Shown: in pieces, positions 1-13,047 of the stretch
Numbering within the stretch: the stretch's first letter is position 1
Layout of the letters: each line of letters begins with the position of its first letter
Assembly: GCA_002633005.1 (NCBI GenBank)
Contig: NMRA01000026.1
Location: 346,101 to 410,100 of the forward strand
DNA: 64,000 nt
Direction of reading: 5' to 3'
DNA from: Phoronis australis
Lineage: Eukaryota > Animalia > Phoronida
Made by a program: the position numbers and the translations under genes
Notes under the pieces: generated by a model
Database searches by the model: none
What the model was told of the DNA's origin: nothing
The model's input: the letters and a program-made list of their open reading frames with translations, nothing else

Positions 1-2260
1 GTCCAGAGGGATGCCTGTTTGGCTAACTGCCCAACACCCAAATTTCAGAACTAATGACTCTTGATCCTAAATATTCCTCTATGTACTGCAGAGAGACAGA
101 ACTTATAGTGAACAAAACTTTGATGGCTTAATCTCTTAATCAATGTGAGGCATAACTGGAGTCGAAGAACGGGAAGGGCGAACATCGTTATCAGCTTACT
201 CTACTCAGTACTGGAGGAAATTTTATAAAGCAATAACTATTATTTCAAACTATAAGGTTAATTGGTGAATCACAGTTGTGACCTTACTTAAATAACGTAA
301 ATCCAATAAAAAATGTCCACAAACATGTCACTGCCAACTGCTAAATTTGTAAACACCGCCATGTTGTTTGTAACGGAACTATTGTGCTTTGTTATTGGCC
401 AAAATTTTATCAGGGGAGAAAACTACACACTCTAAGCCACCAGGTAAATAGCTGCTGAGCTTGAACTTTTTAAGTTTAAAAACGTAATCGCATGATCGGC
501 GTACGAGGGAACTATGGAAGTTGGCAAATTTGCTCCGACTCAAATAATTACGTCCACGTTTAAAAGAATTTGCACTACACTAAAGCAAATCATAGTTAAC
601 GGATAAAGAGGCGGACTTCTCAGTAGACAGAGTTGACAACAATCATAGGCCCGGCGCTACGCACCAATGCCAAAGCATGTCTGCGCCGTTTTAAGTTACT
701 TAAAAATCTCATTTCAGGTTCTTTCTGATCAGTAGAGTTCCTAAATGAAACATACATCAGTAACAAAAAATGTAAGAGTGTGTGGAACATATTAATTGAT
801 GATAATGATGATATTGAGTGTATATATTTTCATTACCTTAGAAATTTGAAGTTGTGCAGAATATCCGGCTGAGACTGAATCAGGCCCACTTAGTGCGGGA
901 TCCAGTCGGCTTCTGACAGAATGAAACAGGTCACTTGAGCCAGAGCTTTCAAATCCCCATCACTGGAAGTTGACAAAAGTTCTCTATTTTTCTCTCTTCA
1001 ACATGCTTGTTTTGTCTTTCTTTTCGGGTCGACTGCCCACGCTCCTCATTGTTCTAAAGTACGCCTCATATGCCCGCACGGGTAGCCACTGACGAAATGA
1101 GGTTTCCGACTCACGCCTGCAAATTTGGGCCGGGGATTAACCCCGGTTCTCGGTACGTCCCTGTTAGTAAGATGGGAACGCTGCCCCCAGACTTTCACGA
1201 TGGTCACGGGTGCTCGTACCTATAGCTGTCGCGGAAACAAAATTTCCGATTAGCCGCGCTGTGCTTCTCATTTAAGATGCCCGAAAAGAATCCACGCAAT
1301 GTTTGACAACATATGCACTCCTAGCTGACGGAGCTCGGCCGGCCGACAATGATTGAAATGTTCGTTAATTTACCGACAATAATTTTGCTGTTCCCCTACT
1401 GACAAGTTTGCGTCTTCCATCTCGTAGACCTTAGAACTAGTTTCACACTATCTAGCTTTGAGTCGGATTGTGAAACTAGGCCTAATTGTAGACTTTTTAA
1501 AAAATTCTCCCATTTGTCAGATTTGTGGACCTTCGAAGTACGGTGGCACCTTTTTCATACTAGCCTAGTGCGCATCATGCCGCACAAGCAACGCCAAATT
1601 ACCTTCCTAATTTCAGGCTTCGGCGGATTTTGAATTTTTGTCTTCATGCCTATTCTGATCACCGAAATAAGAGTATGAAAATGTCTTGTTTAGACAGTGT
1701 GTTTTTTTTTCGTCTGTGCATTCTAATCTGTGTTCTACCATGTCTCACCCCCGGGATAGCGGGTAGCCTATTCTTCAAGCGTGTCTGAGGTAAAAGTAGA
1801 CCCTTTTCAATATCTACGAATCCGGTGTAAAAATTCACTCCCATCAATTTCAACTGAAGCTCTTGAAATACATACCCATTTCAATAGGTGACTCAAAAAG
1901 TGACCCATTTCAGTCAGAGATTTCGGCACAAAAATGGGACTCAAATATATTTCAAAAACGAAGGGAAACAACATCACCATAGCTGTGTTATTTGAGAACG
2001 CGCTTGTTACAATCAGAGGCATTAAAGGTTCAGTGTAAAACCCCTACATGAACGGTAGGAACCAGTGGCGGCTCTAGGATATCACAAGGGGGGGCCAACA
2101 TTTTGTCCGGCTGTGAGCATTTGCGCAAATTGAACCACGATTGTAGATGTGCGTAGCACCGAATGGGGGGAGGTCGGGAGGGGGGGTTTACCTCTAAAAA
2201 TCAAGCATTTTCCTTGATTGCTGAAGTATTATCCAAGAAAAAAAGAAAAAAAAACTGAAC

Positions 2261-2326
2261 GTACCAAAGACTCGAACTCACGTCCTGGCGCGTAGAGAGT
2301 GCGTGCATTACCACTACACCACCACG
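2261..2326 (-). pseudogene. tRNA-derived sequence (SINE head or tRNA pseudogene)
   Basis: Box A-like GGTGTAGTGGT and box B-like GAGTTCGAGTC at tRNA spacing, followed by an oligo-T run. The acceptor stem does not pair properly. Confidence 0.45.
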
Positions 2327-2491
2327 ATTTATCTACTAATATCATACTAAAAGACCTACTTGTTTACGGTCCACGGCGTTTGCGCGCGAAATCTACTTCT
2401 TTTTGTAATATTATACGTTTTATATTTTGTGTCATCAATTCTTAACAAATTTGTCGTATTTGAAATAGTCTTCAAATGCCCAAAAGACCAA

Positions 2492-2739
2492 GGGCCTGTT
2501 CCAAGAAACTGACTTAAGTTCATTTTTGACTTAAGTTTAAGATTTGTCTTAACTTCCAAACTTTGAAACTTCCACATTAGGCAAGTAAGTCAAAATTAAG
2601 ACAAAACTTATGTCAAATACTTAAAACAAACTTAAGATCTCTTTCTTGAACTGGTTTTGAGACAAATTTAACTTTTATTTTAAAGTTTACAAAAACTTAA
2701 GATTTGTCTTAGCTAAGTCAGTTTTGTTGGAACGGGCCC
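2492..2739. mobile_element. PIF/Harbinger-like MITE
   Basis: TIRs GGGCCTGTTCCAAGAAACTGACTTA / GGGCCCGTTCCAACAAAACTGACTTA, 3-bp TSD CAA, many internal CTTAAG motifs. Confidence 0.7.
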
Positions 2740-5700
2740 CAAATCCGTTTTTCGTGTTGGCAATAATGACGGGATTGCTTTGGAAATCGTCTTAAGATAA
2801 GGTTTGACAAATAGAGTATTGCGAGTTTCTGAGTGATTCACTAAGGCTTCGATTAAAATTCACATCTTACCAGCAGCTTCTGTTTTTTCATCGTCACTCA
2901 GGTTCCATTCTCTTTAAAAAATGAAGTAAATTTTCTTCATTGCACAGTGGAGCACTAAAACTGCACACATACGGATGAAAAAAGATTTAAATAATTTTAA
3001 TTACCGGAGTTAATTAATAAACTCACCATTTCCCTACGCTCTTACTGTTTTATTTTTTTTGCGGCAGCCAAGGGGGGGGGCGGGCCCCTCCGCCTAAATC
3101 CGCCTATGGGAACATACCTCAATAAAACGACAGGACCATAATGATACTAGATTTGACAAAAACATACCCTAAATGGGCTTGTGAGTGAAAAATAAGAGCC
3201 ATTTTGATATCAAAATCGGCGATAATCTTACATCGGTGTCACGCACTAATGAGAGCCCCCTTGGTTAGCGGAGCATTCCTAATCGGCCGAATCTGCGAAT
3301 TGTGAGACCACATAGCTTACCGGGGACTGATTTCCGAAAGACCCCCCACTACAGGCTAACAAAGAGCCCTCACGGAGGCTCTTTCGGATGCAGCTGAGGA
3401 CAGAAAATGCTCCAATCAGTGCTGTAGTGGGACGTAGGCGCACGTACAGGCGCAGCCAACCACCTTTTGGTATTTGAACGTAGCGCTCACGGTAATACGG
3501 TGGGCTTTGGTATGAAAAACGTGGCAAATTATTTTGACGTTTAGCGATGACTTGTCAATGCCGGGAGCAGCGGCCGCGCTACTCATGGCATCCGAAGTGT
3601 CATTTCAACTCAACCAAAGTTCAAAATCCAGGCTGAAGACGCAAATCACTGTCTCCGATGTCACTACTATTGTGTGGAATTTTATAATCTCATTACAAGC
3701 AGTGGGGTCTCTTTCGGAAATGCTGGGCTTAACATTTTTAAATCTCCTTTGTGGGGCCTCTCACGTTCGTCTGAGCACGTGACTTGTCTGGCTTTTTTAA
3801 GCGGGCGTTTCGATTTAACAGTGTTGCACGCGACTTCCAAGCGTGTAGGTTAACGAAGTGGACGCAAATGTTTAAGGCGCTAAACTATTAATCGAAAGCT
3901 ACAGGTTTTCCAAGTTCTCGGATATTACAATTGCTCGTTATCAGGTATGCTGTCAATTGAAATTAAGGATTTATCACTAACGCGAGGAAATACAGTCGTG
4001 AACGAAATATGCTTTTCAGAAAACTGCGATGAGCTTCAAGTGTATGCATGCATGACTTAGCAAATACCGATTTGCCTATATTGTAGTCTAATAAGTATTA
4101 TTTAGTTGGATTCAAAATATGTGCCTCGTTTGCGTGTTTGGCTGAAAATCTTGAAAGTTCATTTCCTTTAAAAACCTAGTACCCGTTCTCAGACTAAGAC
4201 TAGATATATAAGAGAGCTGCATTATGCAAGATACCCAAGGGGGCATCCAGGAAAGACTGTACATGACTTGAGTGAACGATTTGTTCACCGTTGAAGATAC
4301 AGACAACAGAGTTGCAAGCATGAATAATGTGAATTTTAAAGGAAACGAAAGCAGATAGTTTGAATATGTTTTTGAAATATCCAACTCATAATTTACGGGA
4401 CATCACACTTAACACCATTTAAAGGTTCGAATCAGCGCAATATGCCTCTGGTTTTGCCAATCTCTATTGCAGACTTTGAAACAATGTACACAAAAATGCT
4501 TTGACTGTACATTTAAAGTTTGTTTTGAACGTGTGGAATTTTAACTTTACGATTTTGCTCCAATTGCAAAAGATAGATGCAAAGATATACTGATGAGATC
4601 CAAATGTAAGACGTAACTCCGTCTGCATTTAAGCTCAACCATGGCACAAAATTTGGGGACAGACGTTGTTTGGGCACTATTGCCAATCTTTTGCGAAATC
4701 AATTAATCCTACTAAACCAACAAGGTGCATGGTTCCGGGATTTGTGTAATGAAGACGCTTAGTTGCCGTAATTTTGGTCTAGATACAAGTGTCGTGTTTG
4801 CCACCTTTTTCATCCTCCCGCCCGAACTCCGCCGTCGGTAGCTGTTGTAATTTAACGTACGGGAAACAATATAACGCAAGATACCAAGAGTAGGACTTTG
4901 GGATTTAAAAATCCGCCCGCATTAGGAAGTGAAGTCTTTCAGATGTCGTCTCCAGCAGGGGCCCTATTGATAATTTCTATTGCGCTAATGCGGGACGTCT
5001 ACACCTGACACCACTGAGATCGTGAACCCCTCGAGCTCCGCCTCCCGCTCAGTATCACTAGGAGCTCGCTGAAATCAAGACTTCGCGAGATTACGTGAGA
5101 TATTGCCGTGTATCTTAAATAAGATCAAGTGTCTTTGGCTAGATTTTAGTTAGATCCTAGCGTAGGTCCCGGCTATAGCGCCCGGTTATTTACTCCCTGC
5201 AGTTCAACCAAAACCATCCATGTGTTTTGCCTAATCTGGGTAAGGAACAAGATGAGATCGATTTTATAACGGTGAATTGCCTTAATCAAAGCTTGGTTAA
5301 AATATCCGGTACTTCATAAAGTTGCAAAATATTAAGCGATGACTTGCCAGGAAATCAGAGTACTTCCATTTTTCAAATGATTCACATTTTAATCCAATCG
5401 CAACCAGTTTATTTGGCAGGTGAATACGGTAACGGTGTCTTGTTTCTGCACGTGTTCAAAGATTGTAGTTTGGAATTTTGAAAATGTGCCGCAATAAATT
5501 TGTGTGTGGCAATTTTTGGTGAACTTGAAGAACGCATACTTTAGACCAAATGTAGTTCATCAGTTGTAGACAGCCTAAAAATTATACAGTAAATCTCTGT
5601 TAAGTCGAACGCGCTTAAGTCAGATCTTCGCTCAATTCGGACAAAGTTCCGTGGAGCAGTTGACCTGAGATTATTCATCCGTTAATAAAGTCCCACGTGT

Positions 5701-5809
5701 AAGTCGGGTTTCTTAAGTCGGGTCTTCGTTCAACTGGGAGAAATTCCAGGAACAATTAACCTAACACCCAGCTTCTTACCTCGCTGAAGTCGGAGTCAGT
5801 CACATAACT

Positions 5810-5959
5810 CAGTGTCGGATTTATAGGAGGATGCCAAGGGGGCCATGCCCCCCTTAAAATTCTCCCCGATTCCATTCGTCAGTTCTGGGGTGCAAATGTC
5901 TGACGGCAAAATCCTGGCTAATACTCTGCCCCCCACTCAAAATCCTGGATCCGCCCCTG
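5810..5959. mobile_element. hAT-like MITE of about 150 bp, same family as 17700-17851
   Basis: CAGTGTCGGATTTA...GGATCCGCCCCTG termini, flanks TAACT/TAGCT, shared core ggcaaaatcctggctaatactctgc. Confidence 0.75.
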
Positions 5960-6008
5960 TAGCTTTTCTCCTATTAAAAATCGCCAAACATGCATTTTCG
6001 TGTATGAC

Positions 6009-8043
6009 CATAGATTACAGACAACAGATTCGCAACTCCGGCATATCCTTACATGCTGAGCTGAACTCTCCTGACCTTTCTGGTGCAGTTTCCGGTTAGT
6101 GTATTTTGACGAGAAATACTTGCATCCTAAAAATCGAGCTGTTTTCGAAAACTTTGCGCCATTGGTGATCTGATTGGTTCATGCATTTACGGCGGGAAAA
6201 TAATAGACCAAGTATCGTGCACGTGTGCACTGTAGCAACACTTTGTATCTTATTCTTATTTGGCCAATCTGTTGATACAGTAAATTTCCTTATTTATGCC
6301 CATCCTGATTTGACTGCAACTTGAGCATGTTGGGTTCTATCATATATTGGGTTGGAATTGGGACCCACATGATGCTTACTCGAATGGGCTTCATTTTACC
6401 AAGTATTTCAAATTGAGGTGAAGTAAATAAACAAAGTGGGTGATGATTATCATCACCAGAATTTCATCATTAGTATCTTTTGCCGGGTGCTCAAATTTTC
6501 TGAGACTAGGGATTGTCAGATTTGTAAGGTAGAAGTGTTTCGCTGGATTTCCAGGTCTGTGGCGTTATTTATACCGGACCAAAATTAAAAAAACAGACCT
6601 TTGTTAAAATCAGGAGCTGCATGATGCACTGATCACTTGGAACCATTTTTATGGTTTATTAATATATAGTTAAACCAAGCTGAGGAGCTTGAAACCTGAT
6701 TCACGGCAATTTTTGGCAGTGGTATTTTCTGAAAAATGCTCCTAAGTTGACAACAAAGTTTGATAGCAATGCACTTCAGTTTTGTAGAAACTCTGTTCAC
6801 AGGTTACAGATGCGTCACAGAGCGTAACTTTGATGAATTCTAGCTTACGATTTCACCTGTTTCGGCGGAGACCGGGTTTCAACCACTTTTGGGCTATAAT
6901 AAGCGCCCCTTTCCTGAAGCGGATTTTTCTAAGCACCCTGGCCGCTTATTAGAGCGCATATGATAATATTTCAGAAGGGATATACTTAGTATCCTTTATG
7001 CACGGGACCCTTTTGTTACATTAGGAGTGGGATTGGCTCATTATGTACCCTACAGGTGGCATGGGACTTTACAAAACTGGTTGAAGAATTTTGTTTTCGT
7101 CATAAACGTTTGTTTGAAAGGCTTAAGTTTAGAAATGTTAGCACTTAAGGCGGAAATTTAAAAAACCATATGTCCGCTTACAAAAAATTTAACATTAAAG
7201 AATAAAAACAACCTTTACACCCCTCTGGTGTTCCTGTTCCCTGTGTTCAAAGAAGTTGGTTGCATTTTCATAGACTGCAGTCGAGAGATTTTGTGCGGCA
7301 TATATTCGACATGAAATGAGTGTGTAACCTGCTGTTGAATTGCGAGATAGATTTTGACTGGTCCGGGTGGTTATTTATGAAGTATTAATGTAATCTTTAT
7401 TTATGTTAAACGTTTTACCAGCATTCTATTTATTTGTACACGAATGTGAATTTGTTGAAATCGCTGATCCAAATCCTGGCCAAATGTGCGCATTCTGCTG
7501 AGACAAACCGTCTGATCAGGGCCAGCGAAGAGTAATTTGGTTAATTCGCTCACTAGGCTATGGCTGAACTTCCTCGTAAGGACAAGAGTTTACGAAATTT
7601 AGCGAATAATTTTCGTCAAAAAGTTTACCAGATAGTTTTCAACAAAACGGAGAAAACAAAAATGGATTTGTGAAGACAGGATTAAGTAGTAGAGTCTCTT
7701 AAAAACATTCATCTTCGAAGTGCCTTGAACAAATGTATGAAGTCTTATTGCTGAAACAACTGCCATTCACGTTGACACAAGAAGTAAGGTTTTCTTCCCA
7801 CAGCCGATTATGGGGTCTTCGGATGGTATGGAAGCTAATTCCTTTGCATTTCGCGTGTGTGGCCGAACAACCGGCCACACAGTAGCCGACCATGATTAGC
7901 AGATGACGTACTTGCCGGAAATTGCACCAGAAAATTTAGCCAGGTGTCGCCAGTGAATAATGACGTAAGGGCTTGTGCGTAAGGTCACAGATTTCGTCCA
8001 TTGAAAGTATACGGAGTTGGCGGTCCATGTACTATAGTCTATG
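6009..8043 (-). mobile_element. Non-autonomous P-superfamily-like DNA transposon carrying a THAP domain
   Basis: Terminal inverted repeats (TIRs) CATAGATTACAG / CATAGACTATAG (10 of 12 match). Exact 7-bp TSD GTATGAC at 6002-6008 and 8044-8050. Inverted subterminal motifs CAACTCCG and TTCTGGTGCARTTTCCGG at both ends. Confidence 0.8.
7699..7893 (-). pseudogene. THAP (C2CH zinc finger) mini-ORF, probably a truncated transposase N-terminus
   Basis: MVGYCVAGC...KGISFH...W...YICSRHFEDECF*. It lacks the C-terminal AVPT motif and any catalytic domain. Confidence 0.75.
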
Positions 8044-8822
8044 GTATGACTTAATAATTGTCTGACAGATGGCCTAAACCGTAACTGCACTTGGAGTTTT
8101 GGCTGATATTCACGATGCTCTGGACGATGGCCCAGATGGGATGATGAACTTTTAACCTGAGAGTGCGCATCGTGCACGTGCTGTTCTGTTACAGATAAAA
8201 ATAAATCATTAGTTTTTATCTCATACGCGTTGAATCCGTCGAGGGAAATACGGCCATGTAATATCAGTTTTCCGTATTCACCTCCCGCACTACTTCAACA
8301 GTGACCTCCGACATGGAAAGTTCAAAATGTGGACTCGACGTCTTTAGCCGGTTCGATCATCAAACTTTCGGAATGTAGTTTGAAGCAATACAGTTGCAGC
8401 AGTCCTAAGTAACACTCGACATGCTATCAGGCTCTAAACGTAACATCTGGTACAAAACTCTTAATTTTGTATGACACTTCTGCCTCAGTTTACAATTGCT
8501 AATTATTATATCGTCTGCAACTCAGGCACCGATTCCTCTGTAACTACAATTTCAAATATTGTTTATTTTTACTACTTTCAGGAAATGTTACAAGTTCAAT
8601 GCTTAATTGCCGTTGTTTCCGTCTTTGTTATCTCTTTTCAAGTGAGAAAAATCGCTACATTTAAAACTGTTTCTTTTACTAGAGAAACTTGTAACCTAAT
8701 GCGCAAGTATATACATATAGGATGTGTTCTGCCACGTGAACAGTTTGGGTTAAGGATTTTAAAAAAATCTTCCGAAGAAATGAAAGAAACTCTCAAGAAT
8801 TCGAAGCGGATGGGATAAATGC

Positions 8823-8965
8823 AAAACGTACCTCGATTGACGTAGATGAAGTAATATCCCAATTGGCGTTATTCCGCGTATCGCTCTCTACCATCGGCCT
8901 CGGTCGATACGTGGAATAATGTCAATGACTAGATATGACTTCATCTACGCCATTCGTACGTTTTT
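8823..8965. repeat. Palindromic (foldback) element of about 140 bp
   Basis: aaaacgtac..gacgtagatgaagtaatatc..ttattccgcgtatcg pairs with cgatacgtggaataa..gatatgacttcatctacgcc..gtacgtttt. Confidence 0.8.
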
Positions 8966-9648
8966 GTATTGAATTCGGTCTACAGTATTTTGTGGGGATC
9001 TCATTTCGACAAGGAAACGTAACAATGTAGACAGTTAATTCCGTGAGTTCCTGCAACGGATGTAGTGCAATAGTAAATTCCTTGGTTGCACACGCTTAAC
9101 TCCATGAATTGGGGATGTCAAATGTCATGTATTTGTTATTAAAAAATTGTTTCCATATTGTGTATACGCGGTTTACTGAAGTTCAAATGACGTCAAACAA
9201 AAAATCTTTCCGTCACTGTGACACCGGTTTTTAGAGAAATGGAAATTTTCCAAGACTCGTTTAATTTTTACTTTCCCAAAAATAGACCGATTCGCGCTAT
9301 GTCTTAGGCGCACGTGAGTCGATACGATCGAGATCTGGGGTGAGGGGTGGTGCACTCCACTATTTTTGACGGGTTGTGCGGCTGAAAAGTTATAATACCC
9401 ACCCTTTTAGAGAGTCAGCGCTACCCTTTTAGAGAGCCAGCGTGATAAAAAGGATCCATTTATCCATTTATAGGAAGCGTCCATAACAAAGTCTCCCTTT
9501 CGTAGTCCTAACCCTGAAACTGGACCCTTTCGTAGGGAATCTGGCCGTTACAAACCTGCACATCTGAGTGGCATGTACCTTACACCGCCTACATGTAAGA
9601 ACCCTTTCGGGTATGAGACACATGTGCGAAAGCCCTCATGCCTAAGGA

Positions 9649-9662
9649 TAATAATGATGATG

Positions 9663-9698
<36 letters not shown>

Positions 9699-9706
9699 TG
9701 ATAATA
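9649..9706. repeat. (AAT/GAT)n microsatellite
   Basis: Visible trinucleotide run. Confidence 0.9.
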
Positions 9707-10906
9707 AACTTTATTCATAGAGGATAAAATACAATAGATGTATTAAAGACATGCTTTAGTCAAAGGCTAATATCCAGCATGGTCCTCTAACAGCAATCAA
9801 TTAAATTAAATAAATTAAGATAGATTAAATTAAGTTACATTAAATTACAAATTAAATTTAAAAAATTGAAACTTTTATATGGCATATACAATGAAATGAC
9901 TGAAAACGTGGGGAGGAACAGCTATGATGACCACATCAGCAGTGACTGATGAGATTGTGTCTGACGTCGTCATAACCATCAGCCTCCTATAGGCTGTTTG
10001 GCAAGTCGTTCCACTGTTGAATGGCTTGCATAAAAAAGGACTTGGAGTGTAATGAAATTCTTTGTCGAGACACAACAAAATTGTTTTAGAAAGAAAATTT
10101 TGTCCTGATTTGGTGTCTGTTTCGAACGAGTATTAGGCTCCAAGATAAATAAGTTGGTACATTATTGTGAAAACACGTATGCATCAGTACACAAACGATA
10201 CAAAACGTTTGTCAACAGGGAGCCATCCCAGTGTGTTGAACATATGAGTTGATAGAGTTCCTCGTTAACCTCTAGTGGTTATGCCATTGTTCAATTGTTC
10301 TCTGAAAACTAAGCCGGTGAGTTTGATGAGTGACGGAAATTCGCGGACTCTTTGATAGTTATTCAGATTTCTAGTGTGCGAACTGCGTTGTGTAGCGGTG
10401 CGAGCGTGGCGGCTAACGAAGCCAGAAAAATGCGTGGTTGCAAAAAACAAAGTCAAATGTAGTAAGTAAATGCCAAATATTTATTTGTTAGTATCCCGCG
10501 ACCTGAAAATGATTACGGTATGAATACTGATTTTTGCAGTGGGCATAACCTCAGGGATCAAACTCGGTGTTGGGTCAATCTTCAGATAAGTTTTAACTCG
10601 CTCATCTCGGAGGAAATCTCTCAGTCCCATTGGATCCGACTTAACCGAGGTTTACATTAATAATAATGACGATGACGATAATAATAACAATAAGAACAAT
10701 AACAATAATTATAATGTCAATAGTATAGTAACAGCAATAATAAGATTGATCAATGGTTTCCTTTTTAAAGTAATGTACCTTTTTATGCATAATATTACTA
10801 TAGTATTCGCCATTTCTGGCAATGTAAAATTATCATGCGCGCGAAAATTGTATTCGATATTTGAACGACTTCTCCCTTCCAGTGTACGATCTACACTTAC
10901 GTGACG

Positions 10907-13047
10907 ATGAGCAGCCTTCATAGCCACCTCCGCCTTAGAAGTGTTGTTGACGAGCTCAAGAACTGTCGGAAACGCAAGTCAGGCCAAGGAGACGCGTCGT
11001 TTGTCAGAGAAACGAAAGTGCGCAGGGGGGTGCCGTTGGCGAGTGACCCCGCTATTCCTAAGGTATCATACACAGCCCACCTTAACCTCCTACCCGTCCC
11101 GCAGTTTGGTTGCGGAGATCGTAAAAACGTCTTCCACCACAAGAGTCTATTCGAGCAAGGAGACACCCATCGAACACCTTCACAGGGCGTGCAGTCGTCT
11201 CTATTTCAAAACGTCCCACTCCTTGGTTTCGCTGAGTTTGACCACCTGGGTCGGCTGGCAGGGATTGTGAGTAATCTTTCAACCTCAGATGAAACATTTG
11301 CAAATGCGAATTCTAGCAAAGCAGATGAGAAGTGGGCAAACACTGTTTGGTGCTCCACGACCGTGAGGAACTGCGAAGCCCGAACATCTGACGTGGTTAA
11401 CAACACTTCACAAAGTAGAGAAACTGAAAAATCTCACCAAGCATTAAACTACTGTAGCAAAGACAGCTCAAAGAAGAAGGTCGTTCGCCATTCTCCTAGG
11501 TCTGCAGCTCGGTCAAAAGTCGCCAAGATAGTAAAGACACACCTGAGCACGCAAGAGAACTCATCCACGACAGCTGCGCCAGTGGCTGGAGAAGAATTTG
11601 TCTGTGATGGCAGCATGAGCATCAGAGGTGTTAACATGGACTTCATGTATGACCCCGCCGACCATCAGAGACTGTTCCTGATGAATGACGTCAAGGCTAA
11701 ACTCTTCCCTGAGTGGGAAAAGCTCACTGCATCCCACCGCGTGCTATCCCTGCTTCGGAAGCTTAAATGCCAGCCAAGAAAGATTAAATCTATAAAGGTG
11801 TCCGGACAATGGAGTTATGTTATAACTGAAGAGCATCTTCTGGTAATTTCACGTTACTTTGATTCCTTGCTCACCCACCCTCACAACCCCACAAGTTCAA
11901 CCGACAGAAAAGACAACGACTCTAGCAGTAGCTTCGGACTGATGCAGTGGCATGGAAGTTCAGTGCCATTCGTCATTCGTGACGGGCAGCGGTATCTCGT
12001 TCGTAACTTGCTGCGATCGCTGCTGGTGCGGTATCAGAACTTCACAGCAGCCCACTTCGGTGTCATGTGCAACAGTCTCTGTCTGTCTGTGCCCTGCAAC
12101 GTCTTGGAGGTTGACTGGCTGTCGAAATTAGTACCTGAAGGATTCACCGTTACCAGATCCACGAGACTCGTGAGCGTGCGCGACGCTGAGAAAATTTATG
12201 AGCACGTTGTTCGAAAGTACAACGTCAGTTTCCAAAAACAGAACTCCAAAGGTGAGCGCTTTGTTAAGGGTGAGAAGCCTTCTAGTGCAAATTCGCGCTT
12301 GGCCTGGGGTGATAGCCAATCACCGCCGTCAGCTAAACAACCGCCCGCGACAAGTAGTCTCAGAAGCAAGACCATCAGCAAGCCTGCGGAAGCCAAACCG
12401 CCGACTCACTGGAAGAAGGCATGTAAGCAGCGCGCGACTGCCGCAGCATCGCAGAGTTTCAGTCCACCATCAGACTTCCATCATCTTCCCACTGACCGTG
12501 CGACTCCTCAGCCAAACCAGGCTACTGAAAATTGGGACATTCAGTTCACGTCATCTAAAAGCACGCATTCCAAAGAAGGGAGGTCCGCTCAGAAGAATAC
12601 AACAGCAGAAGACACTGTTCAAGAAATGAACCTTGGTACTTCGGACTGTGAGAGCCCTCTCGACCTGAGCTTCAGCAAGAAGGCTACGTCCTGCAGTGCA
12701 TCGAAGTCCGCGGTTAACCCTCTGTCGAACCTCAATCGCGTGTCGTCAGAAAGCAATGCCCAACTGTTATCAGCTCACGTGCGTCATCCTCCTACTCTCG
12801 TCAGAGACAGGATATGGCCGGGTCGTCACCTGTACGCCAACACCACGGCCATCGAAGGCCAGGTAGTGGAAGTGACGAACAACTTAGCTGAATTGGTCCA
12901 AAGTAGACAGGGTGACACGATCGCTTTACCCTCCCCAGGCAGGTGCAATACTGCCGTCGTGTATTCAGGTCCAGTGATGGTGACGTCAGTAATAGCATCA
13001 GACACCACCAAGCGACGGTTGCAGTTGATTCAAGGTCAAGGCACCAG
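10907..13047 (+). CDS. Uncharacterised nuclear protein, main exon: two divergent SKI/SNO/DAC-like domains and a PLDLS motif
   Basis: 716-codon ORF. Acceptor cccttccag at 10882, ATG at 10907, donor AG|gtaatg at 13047/13048. Basic RKRK near the N-terminus and PLDLS at 12656-12670. Confidence 0.8.

Larger units (their letters stand above)
2063..3108. mobile_element. hAT-like MITE with 5-bp TSD, containing nested inserts
   Basis: CAGTGGCGGCTCTAG...CTAAATCCGCCTATG termini, GGAAC on both flanks, G-rich subterminal tracts. Confidence 0.6.

Noticed and set aside
1-370. Possible 5' exons of a minus-strand gene leaving the window (aacATGGCG near 360, donor near 287, acceptor near 86)
   Set aside because: The frames close quickly. 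It could be UTR, but this cannot be supported from the window alone.
833-1056. Exon-like minus-strand segment with AG and GT boundaries
   Set aside because: Stop codons in all three frames and no recognisable domain.
1073-1210. CTGACGA plus a short stem (possible hammerhead), inside CCC...GGG ends with TG flanks (possible CMC MITE)
   Set aside because: No GAAA box follows the stem, and the TIR match is too weak.
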